Part shown: positions 61,933-64,000 of the stretch, in pieces
Numbering within the stretch: position 1 is the first letter of the stretch
How the letters are laid out: each line of letters begins with the position of its first letter
Assembly (NCBI GenBank): GCA_951406725.2
Contig: OX597816.1
Location: forward strand, 149,048,001-149,112,000
DNA: 64,000 nt
Origin: Octopus vulgaris
Lineage: Eukaryota
Reading direction: 5' to 3'
Translations under genes and position numbers: made by a program
Notes under the pieces: generated by a model
Database searches by the model: none
Told to the model about the DNA's origin: nothing
Seen by the model: only the letters and a program-made list of their open reading frames with translations

Positions 61933-63512
61933 TTTGGCAATTTATTGAAATAAGTGAACTTTAAATGGATTTAATTTTTGTGGACTAAGTGAGATAGTTT
62001 GGGGCAACCGATAAGCACACGATTTTAAGTAATGGCAAAGCAATAATCAAAACGATAATGGCAGAAACGGTACCCAAATGGAAAACAAAGGGCTATTTAA
62101 AAACAGTAAAAAAAATCGTAGACAGGTTTCAGGTTTTCAAGCACAAAAACTGTTTACTGTGCTTGTAGGTTGGTGAAAAAAACGTTGGCTGCTCAAGAGA
62201 AGCAGTAATCAAAAAGTGATATCAAACACGAAAACGTCTATTTTTTACTCAAAAAATGATGCTGAACTACAAATTCTCTAATTAATACTTTGGTTAATCA
62301 AATCTTGAACTGATATCGAGCACAAAAAGACCAAAAAAATTGGTGTCAAACTGCAGAAGATGCTTTAAGTAAGTGTTAATTTATGAGTTGATAGGCAAAA
62401 ATATAGCCGGGCAACCCAAGTAAAAGTGATAGGTAAAATGGAATTTTATGAACAAAACTTGTGGTCAGTAACGGAAATCGAGTCACGAAGCGTAATTGTG
62501 AAAAGCGTTTGAGTTTGGTCGCCAAAGCATGCATCCTCATGCTTAATTAACGCATCGAATCTTAATTTATAATTATCTAGTACGCGCAAATCCAAGGCCG
62601 CGCATCCAACGTCAGATGTTTACGTATGTCCCTCAGCAGCATTGGCCAGTACACGCACGCATGCATATACGCACACGTTCAAGGTCAAACGCAGTGCCAT
62701 GTTCACGCACAGGATGACTAAGTGCCTACACGGGAAAAGGCTTTTTGTGGTGTTTGATGCACGGGCTAATTAATTAGTGGAAAGTGGATTCAAGTTAGAA
62801 AAACATAGGGCATTTGTGAAGTGAGAAAACCCAATCTATTTGCGGTAGCAAACAAAGAGCTTATTATGTGGAAGTTAAGGCTAAAAGAAAGCGGTTGTAA
62901 TTCAATTTGAATGGGGAAGCCCGTAAGGTATTTTTATGGGCAAACTCTAATCAAATTAAGATTTCACGCACCATAAGTAATAATCTGAGTACCCTTGTCA
63001 CCTGCTATGTAGATAGCGAACGATTCGACCTCAGGCTGAATGCGAACTCAACAAACAATGGTTATGTGTATTTTCAAAATCATGCTGTGGTACGGTCAAA
63101 ATTCGAGTTTTTTCGCATTCTTCTTCCTCCTTTTTTTGTCCGACTATGACATGTGCACAGTTCCGCTAACTGAAAGCTTCATATTATGTGCTTGTTGTTC
63201 GTTTCCGGTGTTTCAATAAAAAGTTCTTACTTAATCAAGGTAGTGCAGAAACACTGTATGACTCGTGAGTTCTAGCCTTGAATTGTCTTAGGTACCGGTG
63301 TGCTTACCTATAAAATGGGGTAAGAACAAGACTCAAGCTTTTTACAGATAAAGATTTCTTCGTTTTGTGCTAAATCCCTTTCTTTGTTTTCGGAAATTAT
63401 GTTCGCCTTTCCTGTTTGCAAACGCGCACGCGCATGCAACTGATAAGGGTAAAATTATCTCCGTCCAATCAAAAAACAGCTAGCAGTCTATTCGGCGTAT
63501 CTAGCTGTACGC

Positions 63513-63687
63513 CACTGACCATTCAGAGACGAAGAGGCCGACCAAGAATCCGCTGGCTTGACACCATCAAGAGTGATACCGGAATAGACATAGCCAATCT
63601 GAAAGAAGCGGCCCAGGAAAGAACTGACTGGAGGACACTGATCCAACGAGTAACCGAGAGTCGACTTCGACTGAGCGGATAGATAGA
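63513..63687 (+). mobile_element. Short 5'-truncated RTE LINE with (GATA)n tail and 11-bp TSD TAGCTGTACGC
   Basis: RRRGRPRIRWLDTIK...ERTDWRTLI; TSD at 63502-63512 and 63688-63698. Confidence 0.85.
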
Positions 63688-63825
63688 TAGCTGTACGCAC
63701 GCACCGCGTACAAATTTCTGTTTTAGCGATTTTGAACGGATATGCCCATAACTTATGGGCATAAGGAATCGGTTTATCGATTTTTTTTAATGGCTTTCTG
63801 GGGTGACGGGGGAAATGAAAAGATC

Positions 63826-64000
63826 GGATCTTTTCGGTTTGACCAGCAGTTTTTAAAAATACTTTCCACGTAAACTTTTAAACTTCGTATACTGGTAGAA
63901 TGTGTTTATAAAACATCTTTTTCTCTTGGCCTTATTGAGAAAATTCTATAGCTTGTAAGATATTTGTTGTTTTTTTTCTTCAATTTCTGCTATTTCAACC
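63826..64000. mobile_element. GGATC-family MITE, cut by the window end
   Basis: Nearly identical to the left arm of 25312-25705. Confidence 0.85.

Overview
AT-rich, repeat-dense eukaryotic (metazoan) genomic DNA. The repeat landscape resembles an octopod cephalopod genome: (GAT)n-tailed RTE-related SINE/LINE ends, tRNA-derived SINEs, long TA microsatellites, GG-terminal MITEs and many Helitrons. That taxon is inferred, not proven. The host content is a tandem array of three paralogous, spliced, minus-strand BTB/POZ genes (about 16.5-18.7 kb, 31.8-40.1 kb and 55.6-61.9 kb). They share a phase-0 intron inside the BTB domain and a conserved C-terminal tail with no zinc finger or Kelch domain, but their N-termini differ. 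Paralog 3 has an N-terminus resembling a Helitron RepHel N-terminus, with 23-aa STPR-like repeats, fused in frame to the BTB exon. Paralog 2 can be spliced in frame to a different exon carrying four 23-aa repeats. The rest is transposon-derived: two decayed autonomous Helitrons, stacked non-autonomous Helitrons, two tandem Tx1/L1-like LINEs, an intronic Gypsy-like LTR element with a 5-bp TSD, MITEs with 8-bp TSDs, and RTE fragments. In both Tx1/L1-like LINEs the ORF1/ORF2 junction is complementary to the ORF2 stop region. All alignments were done by eye, and boundaries of degraded repeats are approximate.
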